64,000 nt of DNA from an uncultured cyanobacterium. GTDB lineage: Bacteria > Cyanobacteriota > Cyanobacteriia > Leptolyngbyales > Leptolyngbyaceae. Shown in pieces: positions 1 to 10,920 of the stretch; position 1 is the first letter of the stretch; each line of letters opens with the position of its first letter. Under the pieces are notes generated by a model. It had not been told where the DNA came from, did no database searches, and worked only from the letters and a program-made list of their open reading frames with translations. The stretch covers positions 1 to 64,000 of the forward strand of contig CAVYAN010000041.1 in assembly GCA_963766075.1 (NCBI GenBank), in the 5' to 3' direction. The translations under genes and the position numbers were made by a program.

Positions 1-17
1 CCCCAAAAGCGAACCCC

Positions 18-1247
18 ATGCATTATGACCTGATTGTCTGTGGTGCTGGACCGGCTGGCTCGATCGCTGCTACGACAGCGGCCCGGGCCGGACTCAAGGT
101 GGCTCTGCTCGAAAAATATCCCCTACCGCGCCACAAGACCTGTGGTGGGGGCACCCCGATGACAATGCAGGGCCTCCTGTATGATCTGGTGCCAGAGGCG
201 TTTGTCGAAGCGGCTGTGACCCATATGCGACACACCTGGAACTTTACAGATCCCGTCCTGGCAGCGATTAATCCCGATCCAGACGATCGCCCGATTTCGT
301 TGTGGATGGTGCAGCGATCGGTATTTGACAACGCCCTCGCGCAGCAGGCTGTGACAGCGGGGGCGGAGTTGCGGGACAGCTTAGCCGTGAAATCTGTGGA
401 AATTACTGGCGATCGGGTCACCGTACGGGCGCGGGGATTTTCCGACACTGATAACCACACCCGCAGCTCAGAATTTATTGCCACCGCCGATCATGTGATT
501 GGAGCAGATGGGGCCAATGGGGTAACTGCCCAGGCGGCAAATTTACGAAAAGACCGGGCGATCGCCTTGGCCATGGAAATTGAATTGCCGCACCAATGGG
601 GCGTCGGTCACCCAGATGTGCGGCCTGAAGTGGCCCATTTGGAGTATGGTGCGGTGAAGCGAGGCTATGGCTGGATTTTCCCAAAGGGCGACCACCTCAA
701 TGTGGGCGCTGGCGTGTTTAGCCCCAACCGCCAAGACAGCCGCCGCGATCCGCACATCCACAGCACTCTCAAAACCACGATCTACCAGTACTTGGATGCA
801 CTCAACCTACCCTACGATCGCGATCGGCTCAAATTCCATGCGCATCCGTTGCCCATTTGGTACGGGAAGGAATTGCTGCATAGTCCGGGGGGACAGATTT
901 TGTTGGTCGGCGATGCGGCGGGATTAATCAATCCCTTTTTTGGCGATGGTATTTTGCACGCGGTGAAAAGTGGACTGATTGCGGGGGAGTGTGTGGCTAC
1001 GGGCAACGCGGCGGAGTATAGCGATCGCATCCACACCGAATTTGCGGCAAACTTTGATGCTGCCCTCAAACTGTCTCATTTTTTCTACCAGTATGCGAAT
1101 ATTTGTTATTCTATGGCCGTGAAAAACACTCGCGCTACTCGCACAGCCGCCCAACTGATCTCCGGCGATCTGCAATTTAATGAGATCGCCACACGGGTCA
1201 TGCGTCGGATTCAGGGCAGTCTTACAGGAGGTCTACTGGGTCGCTAG
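18..1247 (+). CDS. Geranylgeranyl reductase family FAD-dependent oxidoreductase
   Basis: N-terminal GAGPAG Rossmann motif, KTCGGG, GADGANG, YGWIFPK and LVGDAAG..P..GDGI motifs. Confidence 0.85.
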   Translation: MHYDLIVCGAGPAGSIAATTAARAGLKVALLEKYPLPRHKTCGGGTPMTMQGLLYDLVPEAFVEAAVTHMRHTWNFTDPVLAAINPDPDDRPISLWMVQRSVFDNALAQQAVTAGAELRDSLAVKSVEITGDRVTVRARGFSDTDNHTRSSEFIATADHVIGADGANGVTAQAANLRKDRAIALAMEIELPHQWGVGHPDVRPEVAHLEYGAVKRGYGWIFPKGDHLNVGAGVFSPNRQDSRRDPHIHSTLKTTIYQYLDALNLPYDRDRLKFHAHPLPIWYGKELLHSPGGQILLVGDAAGLINPFFGDGILHAVKSGLIAGECVATGNAAEYSDRIHTEFAANFDAALKLSHFFYQYANICYSMAVKNTRATRTAAQLISGDLQFNEIATRVMRRIQGSLTGGLLGR

Positions 1248-1400
1248 GGCCTGGGATTGGAGCGACTGAATCACGGGGAGCCTACCCACGGGTCAGCACA
1301 GACAGTTGATCAAGCTGTCATACCGCCTCAATCAGCGATGATGAAAGTTATGTCAGGATTATTTGTGTGGTTCAACTAATCGGGTGTAAGTAGGCTTGAC

Positions 1401-2612
1401 ATGGATGATCTAAAGAAGTGCTACGAATTATTCGGACTTCCCCTAGATGCGTCTCGTAAGGAGATTAAGCAAGCCTACTCAGATTTAATTCAAATTCACC
1501 ATCCTGACCGTTTTGCTCATAATCGTCCCTTGCAGAAACTAGCCGAGGAGAAGTGCAAGGCGATTAACTTATGCTACGAAAAAATAAAAGAAGCTTCGGA
1601 AAATTCGCAATCTAGTGAAGTTCCACAGAATTCTTCAGGTTCTTCAACGGCAAATACGGCGGCTCAAGCTCCCCAGCCTAGACCGCAGAAGCAATATCCC
1701 CGTGTGGAGTTGAATCAGAACTTGTTGCAATTCCAGGTCATTCAGGGTGAAAAAGCAACGCAAACCATCGTAGTGAGTAATTCCAACGACTCTACGATGA
1801 TGGAGGGCAGATGGGAAATAGTTGCCCATCACAATGATCCACCCCACACACCCTATGCTGCCCATACTTGGATTTCAGTAACGCCTAGCCGCTTTAGCCA
1901 AAATCGAGTGGAGTGTTGCGTGGAGGTCGATGCGTACAAATTGCGTCGGCTAGCGGTGTATGAACGTCAACTGATTTTGCATACCAGTACAGTCGACCTG
2001 AAGAGTCCGTCACGATCAAAGTACAAACGGGTGATCTGCTCTTTAATCGTCAGGATGTGCCCTATTTTGCGCTTGTTTTTCTAATGTTCTGGCGGGGTTG
2101 TTAGGATGGTTAGGTACCCAGGGCTACTTATCTAATTTTGCCAGCAGCAGCGAGTAAACAAAGCCGTTGCCAGCAGCGAGGTTGCATCGGAGCCGGAAGT
2201 ACAGGGGCATGGTTTCTATATTGCGATTCGGTGGTATCAATAGCGAACAACCATCGCTGGTCTGGGACTTCTATTGAGTGGGCGCAGTCAGAACATACGG
2301 AGGATTGGATTAGGCATTTCATATGATCTTATGCTTATCTTAATTGCAATTTCGCCCTTCGTAGCCGTATTTTTAAGTCTGGTGTTGAAGAAATTTAATC
2401 CTGTTGCCTCTAGTTTGTTGGTACTTCTTATTGGCGGAGCGGGCGCTAGCTTGGGTGTAGGAATTTCTCTCCATTTTTCTCCTCCAACCCTGTTAGCGCT
2501 CGCGGTAACGGGTTTTCCTTTAGCCGCATTCCTACTATTACATCCAGTCATTGAATACCGCTGGTTGCTGAAAAAATATAAAAAATCTGAAGAGCGGTTG
2601 ATTCAGCCCTAA
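1401..2612 (+). pseudogene. J-domain (DnaJ-like) protein with a membrane-spanning C-terminus, split by several frameshifts
   Basis: ORF 1401-2084 has a J-domain with HPD (IHHPDRF). Near 1990 another frame continues SRPEESVTIKVQTG.. into hydrophobic segments, and ORF 2274-2612 gives the TM-rich end. Confidence 0.6.
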
Positions 2613-2662
2613 CGTTTACTATTGCTACACTGAGACATGAACTCGTCCGAGAGGGCAACAGG

Positions 2663-2888
2663 ATGTCAGAACTACTCAAAAGAATCACCATTAACCCCAG
2701 CGCAGTGTGGTGGTCGTCCCTGTATTCGCGGTATGAGAATTCGCGTGTCGGATGTTCTCGATTTATTTGTAGCTGGGCTGAGTGCTGAAGCCATCCTGGA
2801 AGAAATGCCCGATCTGGAGGCAGATGACCTGAAAGCCGCGCTATTATATGCTTCCCGTAAACTCGATCATCCTGTGTTGGTGGCATGA
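2663..2888 (+). CDS. DUF433 family antitoxin (VapB45-like) with an apparent +1 frameshift near 2698
   Basis: ATG 2663 reads MSELLKRITINP, then a shifted frame reads AQCGGRPCIRGMRIRVSDVL..EDLKAALLYA, the DUF433 signature. Confidence 0.8.
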
Positions 2889-3226
2889 CAACGATCTGGA
2901 TTGATGCTCATTTGTCACCCGCGATCGCAACCTGGATTACCAATACATTTAGTGTAACAGCCGTAGCTTTACGGGATCTTGGGTTGAGGGATGCCGAAGA
3001 TCCGGCAATCTTTGAGGCGGCAAAAGCCCAAGGAGTCATATTCATGACCAAAGATAGCGACTTTGTTGATTTGGTTGATCGACTTGGCGCACCACCCCAA
3101 ATTATTTGGTTGACTTGCGGAAATACATCAAATGCCCGGTTACAGGAGATTTTAAGCTCGGTTTTACCGAAAGCCCTAGAGTTATTACGTTCTGGTGAAA
3201 TATTAGTGGAGATTAGCGGCGATTAA
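2885..3226 (+). CDS. DUF5615 PIN-like toxin (VapC45-like)
   Basis: WIDAHLSP..D..IF..A..TKDSDF..GN motifs; ATGA overlap with the DUF433 gene. Confidence 0.85.
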   Translation: MTTIWIDAHLSPAIATWITNTFSVTAVALRDLGLRDAEDPAIFEAAKAQGVIFMTKDSDFVDLVDRLGAPPQIIWLTCGNTSNARLQEILSSVLPKALELLRSGEILVEISGD

Positions 3227-3233
3227 TACGACG

Positions 3234-3317
3234 GCATAACCCGAGTGGAGCGGAATGGCGAAAGCTGGGGGGCGATCGGGGAAATCCAACGGCATCCGCT
3301 CACTCGGAACGATCAAC
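3234..3317 (+). other. Degenerate integron attC-like site
   Basis: R'' GCATAAC; L'' GAGTGGAG pairs with L' CTCACTC leaving one extra base; CGGA-A-TG pairs with CATCCG with a bulged A; R' degenerate (GATCAAC). Confidence 0.55.
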
Positions 3318-3465
3318 GGCCTATGCTGCATCCACCCGCCGAGAGAAAGGGTGCTGGGAGCACTATTCCGGATCACTTTCCCCCGCCAAGCCAGGTTCCT
3401 CAGAGTCAGATTCCTCTAGGCCAGGTTCCTCAGGTAAGGCGCTTTCAAGCTGCGGGACCTGGGGA

Positions 3466-6058
3466 CTAAGATCCATCAACCGGGGCGTCTCCATTCGTCG
3501 ACTCTTCGATACTGGCTTCATCCCCTGTCGAAGGCGGGACAAGAGCCACAGCAGCGATCGCATCATCTTCATCCAACCGCTGCACCCGCACACCCGTTGC
3601 CGGTCGGGACTGAGACGGAATTGCACTAACGGCTTGGCGAATAATAATGCCGCGATTGGTCACCATCATCAGCTCATCACCATCGTTAACAATGTGCAGG
3701 GCCGCGAGGCGATCGCTGGCTTTCTTGAACTTAGTGGCCACAATTCCCATCCCCGCCCGATTTTGCAATCGGAACTGCGTCACCGGCACCCGTTTGCCAT
3801 ACCCATCATTTGTGATGATCAAAATCCAAGGACCAAGGCTCTGAGAGGTATCCGTATTTTCAGTAACTTCCTCATCGGATTCTAGCGCTTGGGCCAAATC
3901 CGCCACAATTTGCCCCGGTAAATATCCAAGCCGACCAAGCTATCCCCCGATCGCAGGTTCATGGCCCGCACGCCGCGGGTCGCCCGCCCCAAGGGACGCA
4001 ATTGGTCGTGATTGGCCCGGAAATGAATGGATTTGCCCAAGCTGGACCCAATAATAATGCTGTCCTGTTCCCGAGCCCGCCGGACCCAGCGGAGGCTGTC
4101 ACCCTCTTCCAGAGAAATGGCAATCAAGCCATTGGCGCGAATATTGCTAAAGGCCGCCAACTGCGTTTTCTTAATAAACCCGCCCACCGTCAGCATCACC
4201 AGATACTCGTCTTCGCTAAACTCGGAAACCGGAATAATCGAGGTGACTTTTTCGTCCCGTGGGATTGGCAGAAGTTGAACAGCAGGAATGCCCCGAGCAG
4301 TGCGTGACGAGGTGGGAATTTGATACGCTTTCAGGGCATACACCACACCACGCTGGGTGAAGAACAAAATGCTGTCATGATCATGACAGGTGAGAAAATG
4401 CTCAACCCCGTCTTCCTCCTTAATTCGGGCTCCAGCTTTGCCTTTAGTCGCCCGATTTTGGACTTCAAACGTGTTAACAGGCATCCGTTTGATGTAACCC
4501 TGCTCCGTTAATAAAATCATTGCCTTTTCATTGGCGATGAGGTCGATATCACCCAATTCGTCTTCGGATTGTTCGATAACCGTGCGGCGTGGCGTGGCGT
4601 GTTTCGTCCGCAGGGTAGTCACTTCCTCCGTGATGATGTCGAGAATGCGTTCTCGCCGCGCCAGAATATCACGCAAATCGGTGATTTGACGCTGTAATTC
4701 CTCATGTTCATTTTGAATCTTTTCTGCTTCCAACGCCGTAAGTCGTCGCAGTTGCATCTGTAGAATTGCGTCTGCTTGAGGCTCTGACAGGCCATAGGTA
4801 GACATTAGCTCTTGCTTGGCCGTAGGCGTATCAGCGGCATGGCGAATCAAGGCAATAATGGCATCTAGGTTTGCTAAGGCCGTCAGCAAGCCCAGGAGCA
4901 AATGATCGCGATCCTCTGCTTTCCGCAGGAAGTATTGGGTGCGACGGGTGATCGCTTCCACCCGGAACTCCAGAAAAACCACCAGAAACTGCTTAATACT
5001 CAGCAACTGTGGTTCGCCGTTAACTAACGCCAGCATGTTCGCGCCGAAGTTGGCTTGCAGTGGCGTTTGCTTGTATAGATTGTTCAACACAACGCGGGGA
5101 TAGGCATCTCGCTTCAGTTCGATCACCATCCGCATGCCGTCGCGATCGCTTTCATCCCGAATATCAGAAATGCCATCAATCTTTTTGTCATTCACCAACT
5201 CGGCAATCTTTTCCACCAAGGCGGCCTTGTTGGTTTGGTAGGGCAATTCGGTGATGATAATCGCTTCGCGATCGGGGCGACCCCGGTGCTCAATCGTTTC
5301 AATACTCGCGACTCCCCGCATGATGATCGAACCGCGTCCAGTGGCGTAGGCTTCGCGAATCCCCGATCGCCCCAAAATCTGTGCCCCCGTCGGAAAGTCG
5401 GGACCGGGAATGTACTCCATCAGGTCCATATCAGTCAGATCGGGATTGCGGATCAGCGCAATCAATCCATCAATAATTTCTCCCAAGTTGTGGGGTGGAA
5501 TATTGGTGGCCATGCCCACAGCAATTCCCGACGAACCATTCAGCAACAACTGCGGCACGCGCGCGGGCATGACGGTGGGTTCTTGCTGCGATCCATCGTA
5601 GTTGGGGATAAAGTCAACGGTTTCCGCTTCGATGTCTTGCAGTAAGCCTTCTGCGGTGATCGCGCGCAACCGACATTCGGTATACCGCATCGCGGCGGGA
5701 GGATCATTGTCCACAGAGCCGAAGTTGCCGTGGCCATCGACCAAGGGCGATCGCATCGAGAAATCCTGGGCCATCCGCACCAAGGCTTCATACACCGAGG
5801 AGTCGCCATGGGGATGGTATTTACCAATCACATCCCCGACAACGCGGGCGCATTTACGAAAGGGGCGATCGGGGGATAAACCCAATTCATGCATGGCGTA
5901 CAAAATACGGCGATGCACTGGCTTCAACCCATCGCGGGCATCGGGAAGGGCTCGACCCACAATTACGCTCATGGCGTATTCCAGGTAGGATCGAGACATC
6001 TCATTCCGAAGATCGGTCGGAATAATCCGATCCTGGGGGGATCCTGGGAGAAAGTCAT
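3466..6058 (-). CDS. gyrA: DNA gyrase subunit A, with apparent indels near 6035 and 3921 (possibly also near 3470, extending to 3363)
   Basis: [36 protein letters not shown], catalytic AAMRYTE, GyrA-box-like QNRATKG and beta-pinwheel repeats that continue in ORF 3466-3906. Likely true start is ATG 6058 (MTFSQD..). Confidence 0.93.
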
Positions 6059-6458
6059 AAGGTGAGAAACTCCACGAGTGCGAACAGGGTGTAGCCACTG
6101 CGCCCTGAGCCAAGCCAACGCCTAGCTAAGGGGCTGTATGAGCCGATGTTATGGTAACCGATAAGTCCTAGTGTGAAAGTCTAATTTGCCGCCCGCAGTT
6201 GGCAGCAAGCAGAATATTTTCAAAGGAGCAATCGCTCTATAGATTGTATCACTCACTGATACTTTGCTGCATGGGGCTGGCCGCCGCTAAACGCACAAAT
6301 CCCGCCTTGGGTGGAGCGGGATCGCAGGCAAAATTCGCAAAATTCACAAATTTCAAGCGCCCGTGCCCGTTTCTGGAGAGACGTACTAATTTAGAGGGGT
6401 GCTCATGTGGATAGACTGGCTTGAAAACGGACTGGCTTGAAATGGTGAATTTGAGGGC

Positions 6459-7379
6459 GTGATGTTTCCCATAATTTATTCCGACGATTTTTTGCGGCAT
6501 GACACAGGGGCGTTCCATCCGGAGAAGCCTGGGCGATTGACGGCGATTAAAGGGGCGTTGGAGTCTACCCCTTGGGCCAAGCAATTGCGTTGGCGATCGC
6601 CAACGCCGATTACCCAGCGTCCGGTGCTGAATGCGGTGCAGCGGGTGCATACAGCGCGCTACATCGAAGAGGTGCAGCAATTGGCCAATCGTGGCGGCGG
6701 CTATATTGATGGTGATACGCCGATTTCCGCCCAGAGCTACGCGGTGGCGTTGCTGGCGGTGAGTGCATGGCTGGATGGTGTCGATGCTGTTTTGTCAGGG
6801 GGAGAACCGGTGTTTGTGCTGGCGCGCCCACCGGGACACCATGCCTTGAGTGGGATGGGCATGGGCTTTTGTGTTTTTAACAATGCCGCGATCGCTGCCT
6901 ATTACGCTTTAGAACTCCCCAGTGTGAATCGGGTGGCAATCCTGGATTGGGATGTTCATCATGGCAACGGCACCCAGGCACTGGTTGAAACCCATCCGCG
7001 CCTTGCCTACTGTTCGCTGCATGAGTCTCCGCAGTATCCTGGGACGGGTGATGCTACAGAGCGTGGGTTCCACAATAATGTGTTGAATATTCCCATGCCA
7101 CGGGGCAGTGCGATCGCGGAATATCAGCCGGCCTTTGCCCATCAGGTGATGCCATTTCTCCAGGATTTTCAGCCAGACTTACTCATCGTCAGTGCTGGGT
7201 ATGATGCGGCGGCGGATGATCCTTTGGGAGGACTGGCTCTGCACCCTGCGGACTATGGCATCTTGACGCAATACTGCCTAGATCTAACGCGACGAATTGT
7301 TTTTGGCCTGGAGGGAGGTTATGATTTTGCCGCGATCTCGCAATCTGTTCTGCAAACGATTATGCCTTGCTTAAAATGA
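6459..7379 (+). CDS. Histone deacetylase family (class II-like) protein
   Basis: HPEKPGRL, RPPGHHA, GFCVFNN, DWDVHHGNGTQ, SAGYDA, LEGGY motifs. Confidence 0.92.
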   Translation: MMFPIIYSDDFLRHDTGAFHPEKPGRLTAIKGALESTPWAKQLRWRSPTPITQRPVLNAVQRVHTARYIEEVQQLANRGGGYIDGDTPISAQSYAVALLAVSAWLDGVDAVLSGGEPVFVLARPPGHHALSGMGMGFCVFNNAAIAAYYALELPSVNRVAILDWDVHHGNGTQALVETHPRLAYCSLHESPQYPGTGDATERGFHNNVLNIPMPRGSAIAEYQPAFAHQVMPFLQDFQPDLLIVSAGYDAAADDPLGGLALHPADYGILTQYCLDLTRRIVFGLEGGYDFAAISQSVLQTIMPCLK

Positions 7380-7748
7380 TAAATTATCAGGATCTAGGAG
7401 AGTGTTAGGCGTAAATTTAGCGGTCTGTTATGTGCTTTAAGGACATTGTTTTAGGGACTGTTTTAGGGCATTGTTCCGTCCCGAAATTTCCCTTCTACAG
7501 GTGGGCAGACTGAGGCGCGAGATGGTTAGACTGAACCGCGATCGGGGGATTGCTAAGTTTTTCTTTAGCTTTAGCCGAAATCGCTCTGATCAGTGGCATG
7601 ATTAGCCGTAATCTGTGTCCGGTTTATTGCTACATACTTGATTTGAGGCGGCTACAGGGCCGTGTTGCTGCATCCCGCAATTGAGTACAGTACTCAATGC
7701 GATTGCCCATTTTTCAGGTTTACCTCAGGCCAAATTACAGGATTCGTT

Positions 7749-8558
7749 ATGGAAACTTTTGCATTTATCCAGACGGCTGTTGCGTATGAAGCTCCCAATT
7801 CAGAACTCCGTGCTCTGGATGAGTTTACTATTCCCAGTTCTGCTCGAGTTGGACTGGCTGGAATAGCCCTGGCTGCTGCGATCATGACCCACAGCTCCAA
7901 TGCGGAAGCCGCTGTCCGCCGGGGCGACAGTGGGGCTTCTGTGCGCGCGATACAGCAGGCATTGGTCAACTTAGGTTACCTAAAAGGCTCTGTCGATGGC
8001 GTATTTGGCCCCGAAACTGAAGATGCCGTAACTCGCATGCAAGCCCGGACTAAGATGCCCGTAGATGGCATTGTAGGACCGCGTACCGCGTCAGCTTTAG
8101 GGTTGGGGAATCCGGACAGCTATGGGAGCGGTGGCGGGGGGGGTGGCGCTCCTAGCGGCACCCCTGCTCGGAGCACTGTCACCGTGACGGCGGGTTCGGG
8201 ACTGCTCATTCGCTCCGGCCCCGGCACAGGCTATGGGGTCGTAGGCGGCCTGGATTACGGTAACACCGTAAGTGTAGTGGGCCGTGCCAATGGCTGGTAT
8301 CAACTGAGTCGTGGTGGCTGGATTGCGGGTAGCTATACCACCAGCGGTGAAGGTGGCGGGGGTGGCGGGGGCGCTCCTACCTCAAAGACGGTGACCGTTT
8401 TAGCAGGGCGCGGAGTGAATGTGCGATCCGGGCCGGGGACTGAGTACCGCGTCATTGATGGTTTGGGGTATGGGGCGCGGGTTAAGGTGGCGCGCATGTC
8501 CGGTAACTGGTATCAACTCAGCGATGGTGGCTGGATTTCCGCTGACTATGCGCGGTAA
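7749..8558 (+). CDS. Peptidoglycan-binding domain plus two bacterial SH3 domains
   Basis: GDSGASVRAIQQAL..VDGVFGPETEDAV PG-binding motif; two (L/V)xxRSGPGT.Y..WYQLS.GGWI SH3b repeats joined by Gly-rich linkers. Confidence 0.85.
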   Translation: METFAFIQTAVAYEAPNSELRALDEFTIPSSARVGLAGIALAAAIMTHSSNAEAAVRRGDSGASVRAIQQALVNLGYLKGSVDGVFGPETEDAVTRMQARTKMPVDGIVGPRTASALGLGNPDSYGSGGGGGGAPSGTPARSTVTVTAGSGLLIRSGPGTGYGVVGGLDYGNTVSVVGRANGWYQLSRGGWIAGSYTTSGEGGGGGGGAPTSKTVTVLAGRGVNVRSGPGTEYRVIDGLGYGARVKVARMSGNWYQLSDGGWISADYAR

Positions 8559-8594
8559 TGCGCGCACCTGGCCCTCGCCTGTATGGGGACGGCC

Positions 8595-9488
8595 TTAAAA
8601 TTTCAGGGGTGGTTTATTGGCCCAATCGGGTATCTGTGGGCCGAGTGATTGCGGTTTCAATACGGCAATTGCTTGGTCACGCGTCATGCCGGATTTAACC
8701 GTGGGCTGATACAGCATCCGAATTAAGGCTTTATCCATTGCACTGTACTGGGTTGTCGCTGTCCAGTCCTGATAGAACAGACTATCGGGATAGTGCCAAG
8801 AGTCTTGCATGAGTCCTAGGGATTGGGTCAATTCTTCACGAATTAGGTGCGATCGCTCCTGTGCTGTGATGAAGCGATCGGTGGCGATCAATATATTGGC
8901 TCGGGTGATGACCTGGTTGTTCCACCAAGTCCAGAAAAATCCATAGTTAGTGGGTCGGTAGTTAGGTTCGTAATCACTAAACTGAGACTCCGGTGCAAAT
9001 CGAATCGTGATGTTAGGGGTTTCATTGACGATACTTAAATGGATTTCTCCCTGGGTTAATTGATTTACCTCCGCAATTACAGTAGAGAGTGTTTTTAGAT
9101 CTTCCTCTGTGGGATGACCCAAATGCTGAATCCGGACATGGCCACTCCATTTATGAATTCTGGCAGGTGTCGAAGAAAACTCTGAACCCAGGGCAATCTC
9201 CAGAAAGTACTTGAGTTGGGCGGCGGTGAAGTTCTGGTCCCTGGGGGCCATAGGTCCCGCGTCGGGATCGTTGGCAATCGCTGGCTTTGATGCCTTAGAG
9301 GGCAAGACGGAGGATGCGGATGAATTAATTGGACCGGGGCGATCGGGTGTGGATGGGGCGGCGGGCGCTGCAAGGCCGTGTCCTAGAGTTATTGCGATCG
9401 CTAGTGCAGCGGTACTGACCTGCGATCGCCCATTCAATAGCCCTGTGGTACTATTAATTCCGAAAGTGAAGGGGGAAGGGGACATCAC
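8595..9488 (-). CDS. DUF2927 family exported protein (zincin-like)
   Basis: Signal-like N-terminus; YFLEIALGSEF..KW and RSHLIREELTQSLGL..DS..YPDSLFYQ. Confidence 0.7.
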   Translation of the reverse strand: MMSPSPFTFGINSTTGLLNGRSQVSTAALAIAITLGHGLAAPAAPSTPDRPGPINSSASSVLPSKASKPAIANDPDAGPMAPRDQNFTAAQLKYFLEIALGSEFSSTPARIHKWSGHVRIQHLGHPTEEDLKTLSTVIAEVNQLTQGEIHLSIVNETPNITIRFAPESQFSDYEPNYRPTNYGFFWTWWNNQVITRANILIATDRFITAQERSHLIREELTQSLGLMQDSWHYPDSLFYQDWTATTQYSAMDKALIRMLYQPTVKSGMTRDQAIAVLKPQSLGPQIPDWANKPPLKF

Positions 9489-9747
9489 GTTTTGGATTTT
9501 GGATTGGCGATGGTGTAAGCATTCGGTCTCAGGTGACCTAGGTGGACTAGGTCCCTAACACCATATACTTTTTGGTACTTATGTACCATGGCGCGTGGGC
9601 TAAAAGCGTATCATACCCGCGTAACTTATTGCTTTTCGCACGTCCTGTGCTGCCGTCAGGATAGTCTTATCAAAAATCTTGTGCGGATAATTGCTGTGCT
9701 TTTCTAACAATTCAGGCAATATCTACGGTGTCAAGGGGTTAAGCTGT

Positions 9748-10245
9748 GAGAGGATATTTTAGAATGGTTGAATGTATAAAAAGGCTCACCAGTATTGAGC
9801 TGTAATTGAGCATTCAGCCCTGGTGAGCCATGAGTAAAGCATATCCCAGCAATCTGATTCGTGACCAGCATGAAGCTCTCCAAGACTTGCTACCGGAAGC
9901 AAAGTCAGGTAGCCGACCGCGCCCACTGGGCCTGTGGGAGGTGCTCAACTCCATTTTCTGTCCTGCTTTGTCACGGGACGAGTCCATGACTTTCGCTTGT
10001 TTGAGCGGTATTGGATCCCAATGTTTGCCAGTGCAATTGTGCCTAGCCGACAAAGGCTATCAAGGCATTGCCAAATTGCACGCCAGCAATTGTACTCCGA
10101 CCAAGAAGCGTCGCCAGCAGAAGTTGGATAAGTTCAAGCGCCAGCATAACCGCCTGTTATCCCGACTGCGGATGGTCGTATCAACTACCAATTGAGAATC
10201 TCTCGCATTTTGACTGAACGCTATCGCAACCGACGCAATCTGATT
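9748..10245 (+). mobile_element. Degraded IS5-family remnants: IS1031-like N-terminus fused to an IS702/ISL2-like C-terminal fragment
   Basis: MSKAYPSNL..EAKSGSRPR..EVLNSIF followed by HDFRLF, ADKGYQGI..PTKK..NRLLSRLR and ERYRNRR in shifting frames. Confidence 0.7.
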
Positions 10246-10259
10246 GCAACTACCCTTAA

Positions 10260-10423
10260 GGGACTTCCAAGAAAATAAACATCCCACGTAACGACTCAGC
10301 GATCGCACTGGGCGGTCTGAAATAGCAAAGTCTGACCCACCCCGCCCTACGAGCGCCCCTCCTCGGAGGGAAATTGGGTTGGTCAAACTCTGCATCGGCA
10401 CTATTTATTTCTTGGAAGTCCTT
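10260..10423. mobile_element. MITE-like element with 19 bp perfect terminal inverted repeats and TAA flanks
   Basis: GGACTTCCAAGAAAATAAA (10261-10279) and its reverse complement (10404-10422); TAA on both sides; internal CCCTCCTCGGAGGG hairpin. Confidence 0.75.
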
Positions 10424-10524
10424 AACTCTGAATGGGTAACGCTCTAATGATTCACGCAAGAGAGATAATGAGATCCAATTGAACCCCATCCCATCGAACC
10501 CCATCCCAAAGTTGGCTGGCAGTT

Positions 10525-10920
10525 CTAGGAAGCGACGGTCACTTTACCAACCATGCCAGCGCCCCGGTGAGGCAAGCAGAAGTAGGTATATGTCCCAGCA
10601 GGGATGTCGCTAGGAATAATTACCTCAAAGCTACCCGAATTGGCTAGGGCTTTGTGAGATAACTTGGCATCTAATGCTTTATCTTTGGTGTCAAATACAA
10701 CGTTGTGGGGGGGGAGGTTGCCCACTACCCACTTAATGGTGTCACCGGGTTTAACTGTGACGTTAGCCGGGTCAAAAACCAACCCTTTAGCGCTACCCAT
10801 TTTGACGGTGACGGTAGCTGCAGTAGCAGAATCAAGAGCAACGAGGCTGCTGCCCACAACTAGTAGGGCGGCACAAATCGCTAAGAAAAGTCGGCGAGCC
10901 ATTGAATTTAAGGATCTCAT
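10525..10920 (-). CDS. petE: Plastocyanin precursor
   Basis: Signal peptide; PHNVVF and [15 protein letters not shown] copper ligands (H, C, H, M). Confidence 0.95.
   Translation of the reverse strand: MRSLNSMARRLFLAICAALLVVGSSLVALDSATAATVTVKMGSAKGLVFDPANVTVKPGDTIKWVVGNLPPHNVVFDTKDKALDAKLSHKALANSGSFEVIIPSDIPAGTYTYFCLPHRGAGMVGKVTVAS

Noticed and set aside
2604..2625. GCCCTAAC-GTTTAC as a collapsed attC upstream of the TA pair
   Set aside because: No L boxes or hairpin; too short to distinguish from chance
6059..6113. TTG-start N-terminal extension of GyrA in the ORF track
   Set aside because: ATG 6058 gives the expected MTFSQD.. start; the extension arises from the indel near 6035
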